A stretch of DNA of 64,000 bases, taken from a bacterium (GTDB lineage Bacteria; UBA8248). The notes beneath the pieces are model-generated. The model was given only the letters and a program-made list of their open reading frames with translations, was not told the DNA's origin and ran no database searches. The first letter of the stretch is position 1; the number at the start of each line of letters is the position of its first letter. Made by a program: the position numbers and the translations under genes. This document shows positions 38,702 to 48,895 of the stretch, in pieces. The stretch lies in NCBI GenBank assembly GCA_965200245.1, contig CBDATS010000015.1, positions 160,001 to 224,000 on the forward strand, given 5' to 3'.

Positions 38702-39952
38702 ATGCAGAAAATCCTGATGGTTCTGGCTCGCGGCCTCGCCGACAGGCCGATGGCGGACTTTGGTGGCGAAACGCCCCTGGAAAGGGCGCACACACCGGCG
38801 CTGGATCGCCTGACGGGTTCCGGGTTTTCCGGTATCTGGTCTCCTGCTTGCGCTGATACGTATCCCTGCCTGGATGGATTTTTCAAAAGGTTTTTTGGTT
38901 CCAGGGATACCCTTTCTTCCGGGCTGATGCTGGCCGCTGCCGCCGACAGTCTCCCCGAAGTTGGAGAAGTGGTATTCCGGCTTAACTTCGTGTGCCTGAA
39001 ACCCGGTGCCACGAGTGTTGTCATGCTCGACCCGACCGGCTTCGGTGTCACTGACGAGGAGAATCGCGAACTCATCGCTTATCTGGAGCAGAACATGCCG
39101 CCTGATTCAGGTGAATATTTTCGCTTCGAATCTTTGGGCGGATGTGAAGCATTGCTCTTCTATCAGCGCGATGGAGCGCCGCTTTCACCGGAATCTTTCG
39201 GGGGTTTTGCGCCTCCGCATGCGATCACCGGAAAGCCCATTGGAGAGCATATGCCTGTGAACGCGGCGGCACGGCGATTCGTTCATTTCGTGAATGATTC
39301 CCAGATGGTGCTTTCCACACACGCAGGCTTGAGAGAAAAAGCGCACACCCGCATGTTCGCTGCGAACTCCGTGTGGCTTTGGGATGGTGGTCTCGCAGAA
39401 GAGGTGGAGCGCATTTCGATCACAACGGGTGGCAGGGATGCTGCGCTCATAACCGACTCGCAACTCGTAAAGGGCTTTGCCAAATTGGGGGGTGCGGATA
39501 TATATGAGCCGGGGGAGGAGGCATCCGCCACGGTGATGGATGCGCTTTCACGACATGATTTCGCCTTCTGGATAGAGAATGCGGACGACATATCCCCTTG
39601 GCGCGAACCCGAGGAGAAGATCGAGGCCATCGAGAGGTTCGACGCCGGGTTCATGTCGCCCTTGCTCGAACAATTGAGCGAGACTTGTCGTATCTTTGTG
39701 GCGGTGGACCATGGTTTCAGCGTGGAATCCCAGGAATGGTTCACGGGGACCGTACCATTCGCCATGGCGGATTTCGATGGCGAGAACTTTACGCCGCCGA
39801 AACAACCGGGCCGATTGACAGTCATCTGGGAGATGATTCGTGGCGGGCAGGGGAAGCAAAACAATTCGGACGTCGGCTTTTGCGAAAAACTTGGGCGTGC
39901 GGGACGTGTCTATTCACTGGATGCGGTAAAAAGAAGATTGTTCGCTGGGTGA
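38702..39952 (+). CDS. Degenerate ApgM-type (cofactor-independent phosphoglycerate mutase-like) protein
   Basis: Scaffold motifs GGETPLE.AHTPALD, FRLNFV, PPHAITG, ANSVWLW, VDH and VPF are retained; several catalytic residues are altered. Confidence 0.8.
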   Translation: MQKILMVLARGLADRPMADFGGETPLERAHTPALDRLTGSGFSGIWSPACADTYPCLDGFFKRFFGSRDTLSSGLMLAAAADSLPEVGEVVFRLNFVCLKPGATSVVMLDPTGFGVTDEENRELIAYLEQNMPPDSGEYFRFESLGGCEALLFYQRDGAPLSPESFGGFAPPHAITGKPIGEHMPVNAAARRFVHFVNDSQMVLSTHAGLREKAHTRMFAANSVWLWDGGLAEEVERISITTGGRDAALITDSQLVKGFAKLGGADIYEPGEEASATVMDALSRHDFAFWIENADDISPWREPEEKIEAIERFDAGFMSPLLEQLSETCRIFVAVDHGFSVESQEWFTGTVPFAMADFDGENFTPPKQPGRLTVIWEMIRGGQGKQNNSDVGFCEKLGRAGRVYSLDAVKRRLFAG

Positions 39953-39962
39953 TGGAGCAGAA

Positions 39963-41171
39963 ATGAGTCTGGTCGTAAAAAAATTCGGCGGCACCTCGGT
40001 TGCAGATCTGGACAGGATTCGCGGCGTCGTGAAGCGAGTGTCTGTGGCGAGAGATTTCTGGGACAGCATCATCGTTGTCGTGAGCGCAATGGCGGGAGAA
40101 ACCGACAAGCTCATCCGGTTCGCGTACGATCTCTCGCCTGAGCCGGTAGGCCGGGAAATGGATTTGCTGCTTACCTCCGGGGAGCGCATTGCGAGTTCGC
40201 TTTTGGCCATTGCGCTCGATGCGGCCGGAATCCCCGCCATATCCCTGACTGGCGGGCAGGCAGGCATCCTGACGGAAGGAGCCCATACCCGTGCCCGTGT
40301 GCGCTCCATTCGCCCTGCCAGGATTCTCAGGGAACTCGACGAAGGCAAGGTGGTCGTGGCCGCTGGCTTTCAGGGAGTTGATGAGTTCGATGAGGAAACA
40401 ACGCTGGGGCGCGGAGGTTCCGACCTCACTGCCGTTGCTTTGGCGGCGTCGCTGGAAGCGGACCGCTGTGAGATTTATACCGATGTGGACGGAGTATACA
40501 CGGCCGACCCGCGCCTTGTCCCCAACGCGATGCGCATGGAGCAGATATCGTTCGAGGAGATGATGGAACTCGCGTCCTTGGGCGCGAAAGTGTTGCAGGC
40601 GCGTTCTGTGGATTTGGCGGCGAAGTACGATCTGCCGCTTGTCGTCCGATCCGCATTTGATGAAGGAGAGGGAACATTGATCGTTCCAGAGTCGACGGGA
40701 ATCGAGTCTCCCGCCGTTCGCGGCGTGAGCTGCGATTCGAAGCAATCGAAACTCACTGTGAGTGCTGTACCCGACAGGCCCGGAATCGCCGCCGCTCTTT
40801 TCGGTCAGTTGGCCGAGGAGTCCATCATGGTGGACATGATCGTTCAGAATGTGAGCGAAAACGGCCTGACTGACATCTCCGTCACGGTGAACAGCGACAT
40901 GGCGCAGCAAGCCGAGCAAATCATGCGGAAATCGAATGAATCATTCGGCGGCATGGCCATCTCCCGTGACGATGACATCGCGAAAGTCTCTGTTGTGGGA
41001 ATGGGCATGAAAAGCCAGGCCGGTGTGGCGGCGCGCGTTTTTTCCGCCCTCGCGAGACACCGTATCAACATCATGATGATCTCGACTTCGGAGATTTCGA
41101 TATCCGTCGTGGTTCGCCAGGCGGATTCCGAGTATGCGGTGCGCGTACTGCACAAGGAGTTCATCGGTTGA
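39963..41171 (+). CDS. lysC: Aspartate kinase
   Basis: [23 protein letters not shown], two ACT domains. Confidence 0.97.
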   Translation: MSLVVKKFGGTSVADLDRIRGVVKRVSVARDFWDSIIVVVSAMAGETDKLIRFAYDLSPEPVGREMDLLLTSGERIASSLLAIALDAAGIPAISLTGGQAGILTEGAHTRARVRSIRPARILRELDEGKVVVAAGFQGVDEFDEETTLGRGGSDLTAVALAASLEADRCEIYTDVDGVYTADPRLVPNAMRMEQISFEEMMELASLGAKVLQARSVDLAAKYDLPLVVRSAFDEGEGTLIVPESTGIESPAVRGVSCDSKQSKLTVSAVPDRPGIAAALFGQLAEESIMVDMIVQNVSENGLTDISVTVNSDMAQQAEQIMRKSNESFGGMAISRDDDIAKVSVVGMGMKSQAGVAARVFSALARHRINIMMISTSEISISVVVRQADSEYAVRVLHKEFIG

Positions 41172-42145
41172 GTGATGCATTGACGTTTCAGGAAGTGATT
41201 ATGGGGCTGGAAAGGTTCTGGTCAGAAAAAGGATGCGTCATCCAGCAGCCATACGACATCGAGGTGGGTGCAGGCACCATGAACCCGGCCACCTTTCTGC
41301 GCGCCCTCGGCCCCGAACCCTGGAAGGTAGCCTACGTCGAGCCCAGCCGGAGGCCTACGGACGGCCGCTACGGGGAGAACCCGAACAGGCTGCAGCACTA
41401 CTATCAATATCAGGTGATTTTGAAGCCCTCGCCCATCGATGTGCAGGAGCAATACCTCGAAAGCCTCGAAAGTCTGGGAATCGATCCGCTGGAGCACGAT
41501 ATTCGCTTCGTCGAGGATGACTGGGAATCGCCTAACCTGGGAGCGTGGGGTCTGGGCTGGGAAGTCTGGCTCGACGGCATGGAGGTCACACAGTTCACGT
41601 ATTTCCAGCAGGCGGGCGGACTGGATCTGGAGATGGTATCCGCTGAATTGACCTACGGGCTCGAGCGCATCGCGATGTATTTGCAAGAGGTGGAAAGCGT
41701 GTATGACTTGATTTGGGCACGCGATACCGATGGGGGGATCGTACGCTACGCTGACGTGCACCATCAGGCCGAAGTGGAATTCAGCCATTACAATTTTGAG
41801 GAAGCGGACGTAAAGATTCTTTTCGACATCTTTGACAAATACGAGGCGGAAGGTTTGCGCCTCGTGAAGAAGGATCTCACGTTCCCTGCCTACGATCATG
41901 CCCTCAAGTGTTCGCACACCTTCAATCTCTTGGATGCGCGAGGCGCGATCAGTGTGAGCGAGCGGGCGCGCTATATCGGCAGAATCAGAAAAATGGCACG
42001 CGCATGTGCCGAGAGTTATTTGAAATCCCGTTATGAGGCCGGTTTCCCTCTCATCAGGGACAAGGGGCAGCGCGAAGGGTTTCTCGCCCTCTATTCCCCT
42101 CAATACGATGCGGAAGAGGCGAAGTTGAAAGCGGACAAGGGCTAG
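41168..42145 (+). CDS. glyQ: Glycine--tRNA ligase alpha subunit
   Basis: [35 protein letters not shown]. Confidence 0.98.
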   Translation: MSDALTFQEVIMGLERFWSEKGCVIQQPYDIEVGAGTMNPATFLRALGPEPWKVAYVEPSRRPTDGRYGENPNRLQHYYQYQVILKPSPIDVQEQYLESLESLGIDPLEHDIRFVEDDWESPNLGAWGLGWEVWLDGMEVTQFTYFQQAGGLDLEMVSAELTYGLERIAMYLQEVESVYDLIWARDTDGGIVRYADVHHQAEVEFSHYNFEEADVKILFDIFDKYEAEGLRLVKKDLTFPAYDHALKCSHTFNLLDARGAISVSERARYIGRIRKMARACAESYLKSRYEAGFPLIRDKGQREGFLALYSPQYDAEEAKLKADKG

Positions 42146-42156
42146 GGAGGTTCGTT

Positions 42157-44358
42157 TTGGGCAAGGAGTTGCTTTTTGAAATCGGGACCGAGGAGATCCC
42201 CTCCACCTACATGCCGGGGATGATAGCCGCTCTCAAAGAAAGGGCCGAGGCCGCATTCGTAGCCGCGCGCCTGGAATACCTAGGCCTGGAGAGTTTCGGA
42301 ACACCCAGGCGTCTCGTCCTGCACGTGGCAGACATGGCCGAGCGTCAAAAGCCGCTTCAAGAAGAAATCCTCGGGCCGCCTGTCAAGAACGCATACGATG
42401 AGGAAGGCAATCCGACCAAAGCTGCCCTGGGTTTCGCCAAGACGAACGGGGCGGAATTATCCGAACTCAGAGAGGTGGATACTCCCAAGGGTGCGCGTCT
42501 GATGTATTTCAGAGAAGACGAAGGGGAGGGAACTCAGGCTGTTCTGGGAGGGGTATTGACAAAGCTCATCCATGAGTTGCCGTCCCCGAAATCCATGCGC
42601 TGGGGAGCCGGTAAGTTTTCGTTTGTTCGCCCCGTGCAATGGATTTTGGCCCTATATGGCCAGGAGTGCGTCGAAGGTCCCGCATCAAGTGAAGGCACGT
42701 CTCTTCCGGACTTCGGATCAATCACCTACGGCCACAGGTTTCACGGGAATAAAAATATGGAAATCAATAACTACCAAAGCTATATTCAAGTATTACATGA
42801 TAGTTATGTGGAGCCTGTCGTCGATGACGGCAGTGGCGGCGGTCGAATCCCCATGGTGCGAGAGAGTATCCTCGAAGAAGCCGGAGTTCAGGGTGGTGAA
42901 CCCGCAGCGGATGCGGAATCTGTGGAGTGTTTGGTGGAGAAGGTGGCGCATCTGGTGGAGTGGCCGTTTCCGGTAGCGTGCAAGTTCGATGAGAAGTTTC
43001 TGGATTTGCCGAGCGAAGTCATTATCTCTACCCTGGAGGTACACCAAAGGTGCTTTGCCCTGAAGGGAAAAGGTGGGGAACGGCTCATTCCCTCCTTTAT
43101 CGGCGTGAGCAACACGCGCGCCAGGGATATGAGCGTGGTGCGCAAGGGCTACGAGCGCGTCGTTCGCGCCAGATTGGAGGACGCAGAATTCTACTGGCGA
43201 CAGGACCTCGAAACGCCTCTTGCCGACATGACGGAGGGGCTGAAGGGTGTGGTCTATCATCCGAGACTGGGCACGAGTTGGGACAAGGTGGAGCGTTTCA
43301 GGCGCTTGGGCGCATGGATGTGCGAGAAAATCGCACCGGAAGACGTTACGCTGGCGAACATCGTGGACGAAGCGGCGTTTCTGTGCAAAGCGGATTTGAC
43401 CAGTGGGATGGTCTATGAGTTTCCCGAACTTCAAGGTGTCATGGGGCGGCGCTATGCAGAGCGTGAGGGCAGGGAAGAGGCGGTATCCCGCGCCATTTAT
43501 GAGCATTATCTCCCCCGGGGAGAGGGGGACGATTTGCCCGAAGGCCTTGCGGGGGCGATCGTTGGACTTGCCGACCGCATGGACACCATCGTCGGTATGA
43601 TCGGGCTCGGCTACCTTCCAAGCGGCTCGGAGGATCCTTATGCACTCAGACGTGCAGCCAATGCGATTCTGCTCGTTTTGGAGGACAAGGCTTTCAGGAT
43701 TTCCCTCCCTGAATGGGTGGAATTTGCGTGTGAACCGCTGGAGGACAAGTTCAAGGACCGAGGCGAGACGCTTGAGAGAATTTTGGGTTTCCTGCGCAAC
43801 CGGACCTCTGCTTATCTCTCTCGCGGCGGTGCGCGAGGCGACCTGGTGGAAGCGGTGCTCTCGGCGGATGACGATGCAGGCTGGCGCGACGTGATAGACG
43901 CTCGGGCGCGGCTCCGCGCGCTGGAGCGTTTGGCGTCGAGTGAGGAAACCTTCGAACCGCTCACGACGACTTTCAAGCGGGTGAGCAACATTATTCGTCA
44001 GGCACACGAGGTCGGGGGCCATGATGCGGCATACTCACTGGACCCACAGCTTCTCGTGGATGAGGCCGAAAAGAGACTGGGCGAATCCCTGACCGCGGTT
44101 TCCGAAGCGGTGCAAGAGGCATTGAAGACCGTCCGGGCGGGAGACACCAACTCGTTGGAAGAGGCCTATGTTTCGGTGAACAGTTCCATTGCGGCAATCC
44201 GCCCGGTGGTGGATGATTTTTTCGACGAGGTGATGGTGATGGCCGAGGACAAGGCCTTGCGGAAAAATCGTCTTGCGTTGATGACAGGTGTTGGCGCGCT
44301 GTTTTCGGCGAACGCGAATTTCACGAAAATTCAATCAAGGGCGACGAAACAACCGTAG
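42157..44358 (+). CDS. glyS: Glycine--tRNA ligase beta subunit
   Basis: LFEIGTEEIP, TPRRL, EFPELQG.MG, GSEDPYALRR. Confidence 0.97.
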   Translation: MGKELLFEIGTEEIPSTYMPGMIAALKERAEAAFVAARLEYLGLESFGTPRRLVLHVADMAERQKPLQEEILGPPVKNAYDEEGNPTKAALGFAKTNGAELSELREVDTPKGARLMYFREDEGEGTQAVLGGVLTKLIHELPSPKSMRWGAGKFSFVRPVQWILALYGQECVEGPASSEGTSLPDFGSITYGHRFHGNKNMEINNYQSYIQVLHDSYVEPVVDDGSGGGRIPMVRESILEEAGVQGGEPAADAESVECLVEKVAHLVEWPFPVACKFDEKFLDLPSEVIISTLEVHQRCFALKGKGGERLIPSFIGVSNTRARDMSVVRKGYERVVRARLEDAEFYWRQDLETPLADMTEGLKGVVYHPRLGTSWDKVERFRRLGAWMCEKIAPEDVTLANIVDEAAFLCKADLTSGMVYEFPELQGVMGRRYAEREGREEAVSRAIYEHYLPRGEGDDLPEGLAGAIVGLADRMDTIVGMIGLGYLPSGSEDPYALRRAANAILLVLEDKAFRISLPEWVEFACEPLEDKFKDRGETLERILGFLRNRTSAYLSRGGARGDLVEAVLSADDDAGWRDVIDARARLRALERLASSEETFEPLTTTFKRVSNIIRQAHEVGGHDAAYSLDPQLLVDEAEKRLGESLTAVSEAVQEALKTVRAGDTNSLEEAYVSVNSSIAAIRPVVDDFFDEVMVMAEDKALRKNRLALMTGVGALFSANANFTKIQSRATKQP

Positions 44359-44430
44359 CCTTTTCAGCCACCCATTAAACTACTTTGCAGATGCGCGAAA
44401 CGCGTGATGAGGTGCAGGAGGATGCAGGTG

Positions 44431-47079
44431 ATGACGGAGAAGATGATTTATTCCTTTGGAGCCGGGCAGACCGACGGCAGCGCCGATTTGCGAAACTTGC
44501 TGGGTGGTAAGGGCGCGAATTTGGCGGAGATGGCGAGTTTGGACATACCGGTACCGCCTGGCTTTACCATCACCACGCAGGTTTGCGTCGATTATCTCAA
44601 AGAACATAAGCTTCCTGAGGGTCTGTGGGAGAGCGTGAAGGAGCAGATGGCGCGCCTCGAAGAGGCGATGGGAGCGCAATTCGGGGGGGATGAAAACCCG
44701 CTTATGGTGAGCGTGCGTTCCGGCGCGCGAGATTCGATGCCTGGCATGATGGACACCGTTCTGAATCTGGGGATGAACGACAGGACGGTTGCTGCGTTAG
44801 AGAAAAAATCGGGCAATCGACGTTTCGCATACGACAGCTATCGCAGGTTCATCAACATGTTCGGCAATGTAGTTCTCGGGATGGAACACCATGCGTTCGA
44901 ATCGAAGATTGAGGCGATGAAACAACGCAAGGGCGCCGGGTCCGATCTGGAACTGACGGCGGACGACTTGGTCGAACTGACAGGTGAATACGCAGCCCTT
45001 GTCAAAGAGAAAACAGGTTCAAACCTCCCCCAGGATCCTTATGAACAACTTCGGCTGGCCATTGAAGCGGTATTCAAATCGTGGAACAACGACCGCGCCT
45101 TCACCTACCGCAGGCTCTACCAGATTCCCCATGACTGGGGCACTGCCGTGAATGTGCAGTGTATGGTCTACGGCAACTTGGGTGAGGATTGCGGTACGGG
45201 AGTCGCATTCTCGCGAAACCCCGCGACCGGCGAGAATGCCCTCTATGGTGAGATACTCTTCAACGCCCAGGGCGAAGATGTGGTGGCGGGCATCAGGACG
45301 CCCGAGCCCATCGAAAGTCTCAAAGAGAAAATGCCTGAATGTTACTCCGAATTCGAAGAAATCACGGAAAAACTCGAAGCCCATTACAGAGACATGCAGG
45401 ACATGGAGTTCACCATTCAGAACGGACGTTTGTTCATGCTTCAAACGAGAAACGGCAAGCGAACCGCTGCGGCGGCCGTACGAATCGCCATCCAGTTGGT
45501 GAAGGAAGGCGTGATCGATAGGCAGGCCGCCCTGCAAAAGGTGGATCCTGATAGCCTGGATCAGTTGCTGCACCCGATGATCGACGCAGAGGGGGAATTA
45601 GAAGTAGTGGCCACGGGACTGGCCGCCTCGCCGGGAGCTGCCGTGGGTCGTGTGGTCTTCACAGCGGCGGATGCGGTGAAACGGGCCGAAGCAGGAGAAC
45701 CCGTGATTCTTGTGCGTCAGGAGACCAGTCCCGAGGATATCAACGGAATGAACGTTTCTCAGGGTATCCTCACGGCGCGTGGCGGACTCACCTCCCACGC
45801 GGCCGTTGTGGCTAGGCAGATGGGCAAATGCTGCGTCACGGGTTGCAGCGCCCTGAACGTGAGAGCGGATAAGAAGATGATTCGGGTGAACGGCGAGACT
45901 GTACTGGAAGGTGATTTTATTTCCCTGAACGGGACAACCGGTGAGGTTATTCTTGGCAAGGCGGAACTCAAGCAGCCCGAACTTTCAGGTGATTTCGCAA
46001 CGCTTATGGAGTGGGCGGATGAGATCAGGACCCTGGGCGTCCGCGCCAATGCTGACACGGTGACGGATAGCGAGGCCGCCATCAAATTCGGCTGCGAGGG
46101 AATCGGCCTGTGCCGCACGGAGCATATGTTTTTCGAGGGGGAGCGCATCGACTACGTACGGGCGATGATTCTGGCGGTTACAGAGGAGGGGAGACGGCAA
46201 GCGCTCGACAGTCTCCTTCCCATGCAGCGCGAGGATTTTATCGGCATCTTCGAGGTGATGGAAGAAAGACCCGTGACAATCCGGCTGCTGGATCCGCCAC
46301 TTCACGAGTTCTTGCCCAAAACGGAAGAAGACATGAAGCATGTGGCCAGATTGCTGGGCGTAGACCTTGACACGGTGCGGCACGCCACCGAAGCGACCGA
46401 AGAACAGAACCCGATGCTGGGTCACCGGGGTTGCCGTTTGGCGGTCACCTATCCGGAAATCGCTGAAATGCAGGTACGCGCCATCATCGAGGCAGCTTGC
46501 GAAATGAAATCGCGTGGCGTGGACGTGCTGCCCGAAATCATGATTCCCCTCACCTCGGGGATAGAGGAATGGGAGTTCAACCGCGACATTGTGCACGGGA
46601 TTGCGCAAGAGGTGATTAAGGAAAAAGGTGTAACGCCTCGATATCTCACGGGCACGATGATCGAAATCCCCAGAGCTTGCCTCCTGGCGGGAGAGATAGC
46701 CGACAGCGCGGAATTCTTCAGTTTCGGCACGAACGATCTTACGCAGTTGACCTATGGCTTGAGCCGTGATGACGCGGGCTGGTTCCTGCCGAAATACATC
46801 GAGAAGGATTTGATTCCCAGGGATCCTTTTGTGGCCGTAGACCGCGAGGGCGTGGGCGAAATGGTGAAAATCGGTATCGAACGTGGCAGGGCCAATCGGG
46901 AAAACCTTGAGGTGGGCATTTGCGGGGAGCATGGAGGAGAACCGACTTCGGTTGAATTTTGTCACATGGTGAAAATGGACTACGTCTCCTGTGCTCCGTA
47001 TCGGGCGCCGATTGCGAGGCTCGCCGCCGCCCAGGCTGCCATCACCCACGGTTCATATCAGACGGTTGAAATCCATTGA
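44431..47079 (+). CDS. ppdK: Pyruvate, phosphate dikinase
   Basis: LGGKGANLAEM, TSHAAVV, GLCRTEHMF, FGTNDL, CGEHGG. Confidence 0.98.
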   Translation: MTEKMIYSFGAGQTDGSADLRNLLGGKGANLAEMASLDIPVPPGFTITTQVCVDYLKEHKLPEGLWESVKEQMARLEEAMGAQFGGDENPLMVSVRSGARDSMPGMMDTVLNLGMNDRTVAALEKKSGNRRFAYDSYRRFINMFGNVVLGMEHHAFESKIEAMKQRKGAGSDLELTADDLVELTGEYAALVKEKTGSNLPQDPYEQLRLAIEAVFKSWNNDRAFTYRRLYQIPHDWGTAVNVQCMVYGNLGEDCGTGVAFSRNPATGENALYGEILFNAQGEDVVAGIRTPEPIESLKEKMPECYSEFEEITEKLEAHYRDMQDMEFTIQNGRLFMLQTRNGKRTAAAAVRIAIQLVKEGVIDRQAALQKVDPDSLDQLLHPMIDAEGELEVVATGLAASPGAAVGRVVFTAADAVKRAEAGEPVILVRQETSPEDINGMNVSQGILTARGGLTSHAAVVARQMGKCCVTGCSALNVRADKKMIRVNGETVLEGDFISLNGTTGEVILGKAELKQPELSGDFATLMEWADEIRTLGVRANADTVTDSEAAIKFGCEGIGLCRTEHMFFEGERIDYVRAMILAVTEEGRRQALDSLLPMQREDFIGIFEVMEERPVTIRLLDPPLHEFLPKTEEDMKHVARLLGVDLDTVRHATEATEEQNPMLGHRGCRLAVTYPEIAEMQVRAIIEAACEMKSRGVDVLPEIMIPLTSGIEEWEFNRDIVHGIAQEVIKEKGVTPRYLTGTMIEIPRACLLAGEIADSAEFFSFGTNDLTQLTYGLSRDDAGWFLPKYIEKDLIPRDPFVAVDREGVGEMVKIGIERGRANRENLEVGICGEHGGEPTSVEFCHMVKMDYVSCAPYRAPIARLAAAQAAITHGSYQTVEIH

Positions 47080-47094
47080 GCGGGGTCCCTGTTG

Positions 47095-48252
47095 ATGGTT
47101 TACCTCTCCACCGAGCGGAAAAACGAGTTGATGGCTGAAGCACTCTCTCTCGCCAGACGCTCAGAGGGAAGGACGAGTCCCAACCCGCTCGTCGGTGCCA
47201 TCGTTCTTGATGCCCATGGGGAGATAGCGGGACGGGGCTGGCACCAGAAAGCTGGTGAAGCGCATGCAGAAGTCCTCGCGCTGCAGGATGCGGGTGCTCG
47301 TGCGCGAGGAGGGGTGCTGTTTCTCACTTTGGAGCCGTGTTCACACCAGGGGAGAACACCCCCTTGTGCGCCTTTTGTGGCGGGTGCAGGCGTTTCCCGG
47401 GTCATCACTGCGGTCTCGGACCCGAATCCGCAAGTGTCCGGCCAAGGATTTGAGTACCTGCGTGCGCGTGGCGTCGCAGTGGAAATTGGCATTATGGCCA
47501 GGGAGGCGGTGCGTCTGAATGAAGCCTATTTTCACTGGTGGCGTTTCGGCCGACCTTTTCTTACTTTGAAGACCGCCACGAGCCTAGACGGAAAAATCGC
47601 CACCCGAAACGGAGAAAGCCGCTGGATAACGGGTGAGGAGGCTCGAAACGCAGGCCATCATTTGAGAAACAAGGTCGACGCCATTCTGGTGGGTGTGGAG
47701 ACGGTTCTGACAGATGACCCATTACTTACCGCACGACCCGATGGAGATACGGGCAAGCCCTTGATCAGGATTGTGTTGGACTCAAGGCTAAGGACGCCTC
47801 CTTTCGCCCGGGTCCTAGCGCCTCGGCAAGGGAGTTTCACACTCGTTGCAACCACGGATGCCGCTACCCGGGAAAAAGAAGCAGGATTGCGCGTAGCGGG
47901 TGCTGAAATTATCCGTCTCGAAGCGGACCAGAAGGGCCGGGTTTCACTCGCTTCATTGGTTGAGGAATTGGGGAGTCGTGGTATTCGCCATATTCTTGTG
48001 GAAGGCGGCGGACGTGTGCACGGCTCCTTTATCCGAGAGAGTCTGGCGGATCAATTCCTGTGTTTTCTCGCCCCCGTGGTGATGGGAGATCATGAGGCTC
48101 CGTGCGCGATTACAGGCCTTGAGGAGGAGGAATTGCAATCCCTGCCGAGGCTATTTAATGTAACACATGAAGTTGTTGGCGATGATTTGTTGATTCAAGG
48201 ATATTTTAACAAACCGGTTTGGGGAGACATAGAGGACTGGAAACGTGTTTAG
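47095..48252 (+). CDS. ribD: Riboflavin biosynthesis deaminase/reductase RibD
   Basis: PNPLVG, HAE, TLEPC...TPPC, SLDGKIA, VEGG. Confidence 0.96.
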   Translation: MVYLSTERKNELMAEALSLARRSEGRTSPNPLVGAIVLDAHGEIAGRGWHQKAGEAHAEVLALQDAGARARGGVLFLTLEPCSHQGRTPPCAPFVAGAGVSRVITAVSDPNPQVSGQGFEYLRARGVAVEIGIMAREAVRLNEAYFHWWRFGRPFLTLKTATSLDGKIATRNGESRWITGEEARNAGHHLRNKVDAILVGVETVLTDDPLLTARPDGDTGKPLIRIVLDSRLRTPPFARVLAPRQGSFTLVATTDAATREKEAGLRVAGAEIIRLEADQKGRVSLASLVEELGSRGIRHILVEGGGRVHGSFIRESLADQFLCFLAPVVMGDHEAPCAITGLEEEELQSLPRLFNVTHEVVGDDLLIQGYFNKPVWGDIEDWKRV

Positions 48253-48895
48253 CGGAATCATTGAGACTATCGGCAAGATTCGATCTCTGAAAAAAGACGC
48301 CAGGGGTGCGCGAATTGCAATCGAAGCACCGCGTGTTCTGGATGGTGTGAGGCTCGGCGATTCCATCGCCCTGAACGGCGTTTGTGTTACGGTGGTGGAC
48401 TTTGGAGAGGGCAAATTCGAGGCCGATTTGTCCGTCGAAACGCTCCGGCGCACGAATTTGGGAGAGTTGGCCATTGGCGACCGATGCAACCTGGAGCGCG
48501 CCATATCGCTGGGAGAACGCTTGGGTGGCCACCTCGTGAGCGGCCATGTGGACGGTATAGGCAGAATACAGGGCAGAAAAAACGAGGGCGATTCCATCTG
48601 GATATCGTTCGAGGCTCCGGTGGAGGTGATGCGCTATGTCGTTTATAAAGGTTCTGTCGCGGTCGATGGGATTAGCTTGACGGTGGCGGCGTGTGACAAC
48701 GAAACGTTCTCGGTGTCGGTCATCCCGCATACGAGCGAGCAGACGACTCTCACGGAGAAGAAAGTCGGTGCCGCCGTTAACCTTGAGGCGGATTTGATTG
48801 GAAAATATGTGGAGAAACTGCTCGCTCCCCACGCGGAATCGATATCTCAGGTCGGTATCACCATGGAGAAACTAAAGGAGCAAGGCTATGCCTGA
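48245..48895 (+). CDS. ribE: Riboflavin synthase (alpha chain)
   Basis: MFSGII, GDSIALNGVC.TV, GGHLVSGHVD. Confidence 0.96.
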   Translation: MFSGIIETIGKIRSLKKDARGARIAIEAPRVLDGVRLGDSIALNGVCVTVVDFGEGKFEADLSVETLRRTNLGELAIGDRCNLERAISLGERLGGHLVSGHVDGIGRIQGRKNEGDSIWISFEAPVEVMRYVVYKGSVAVDGISLTVAACDNETFSVSVIPHTSEQTTLTEKKVGAAVNLEADLIGKYVEKLLAPHAESISQVGITMEKLKEQGYA

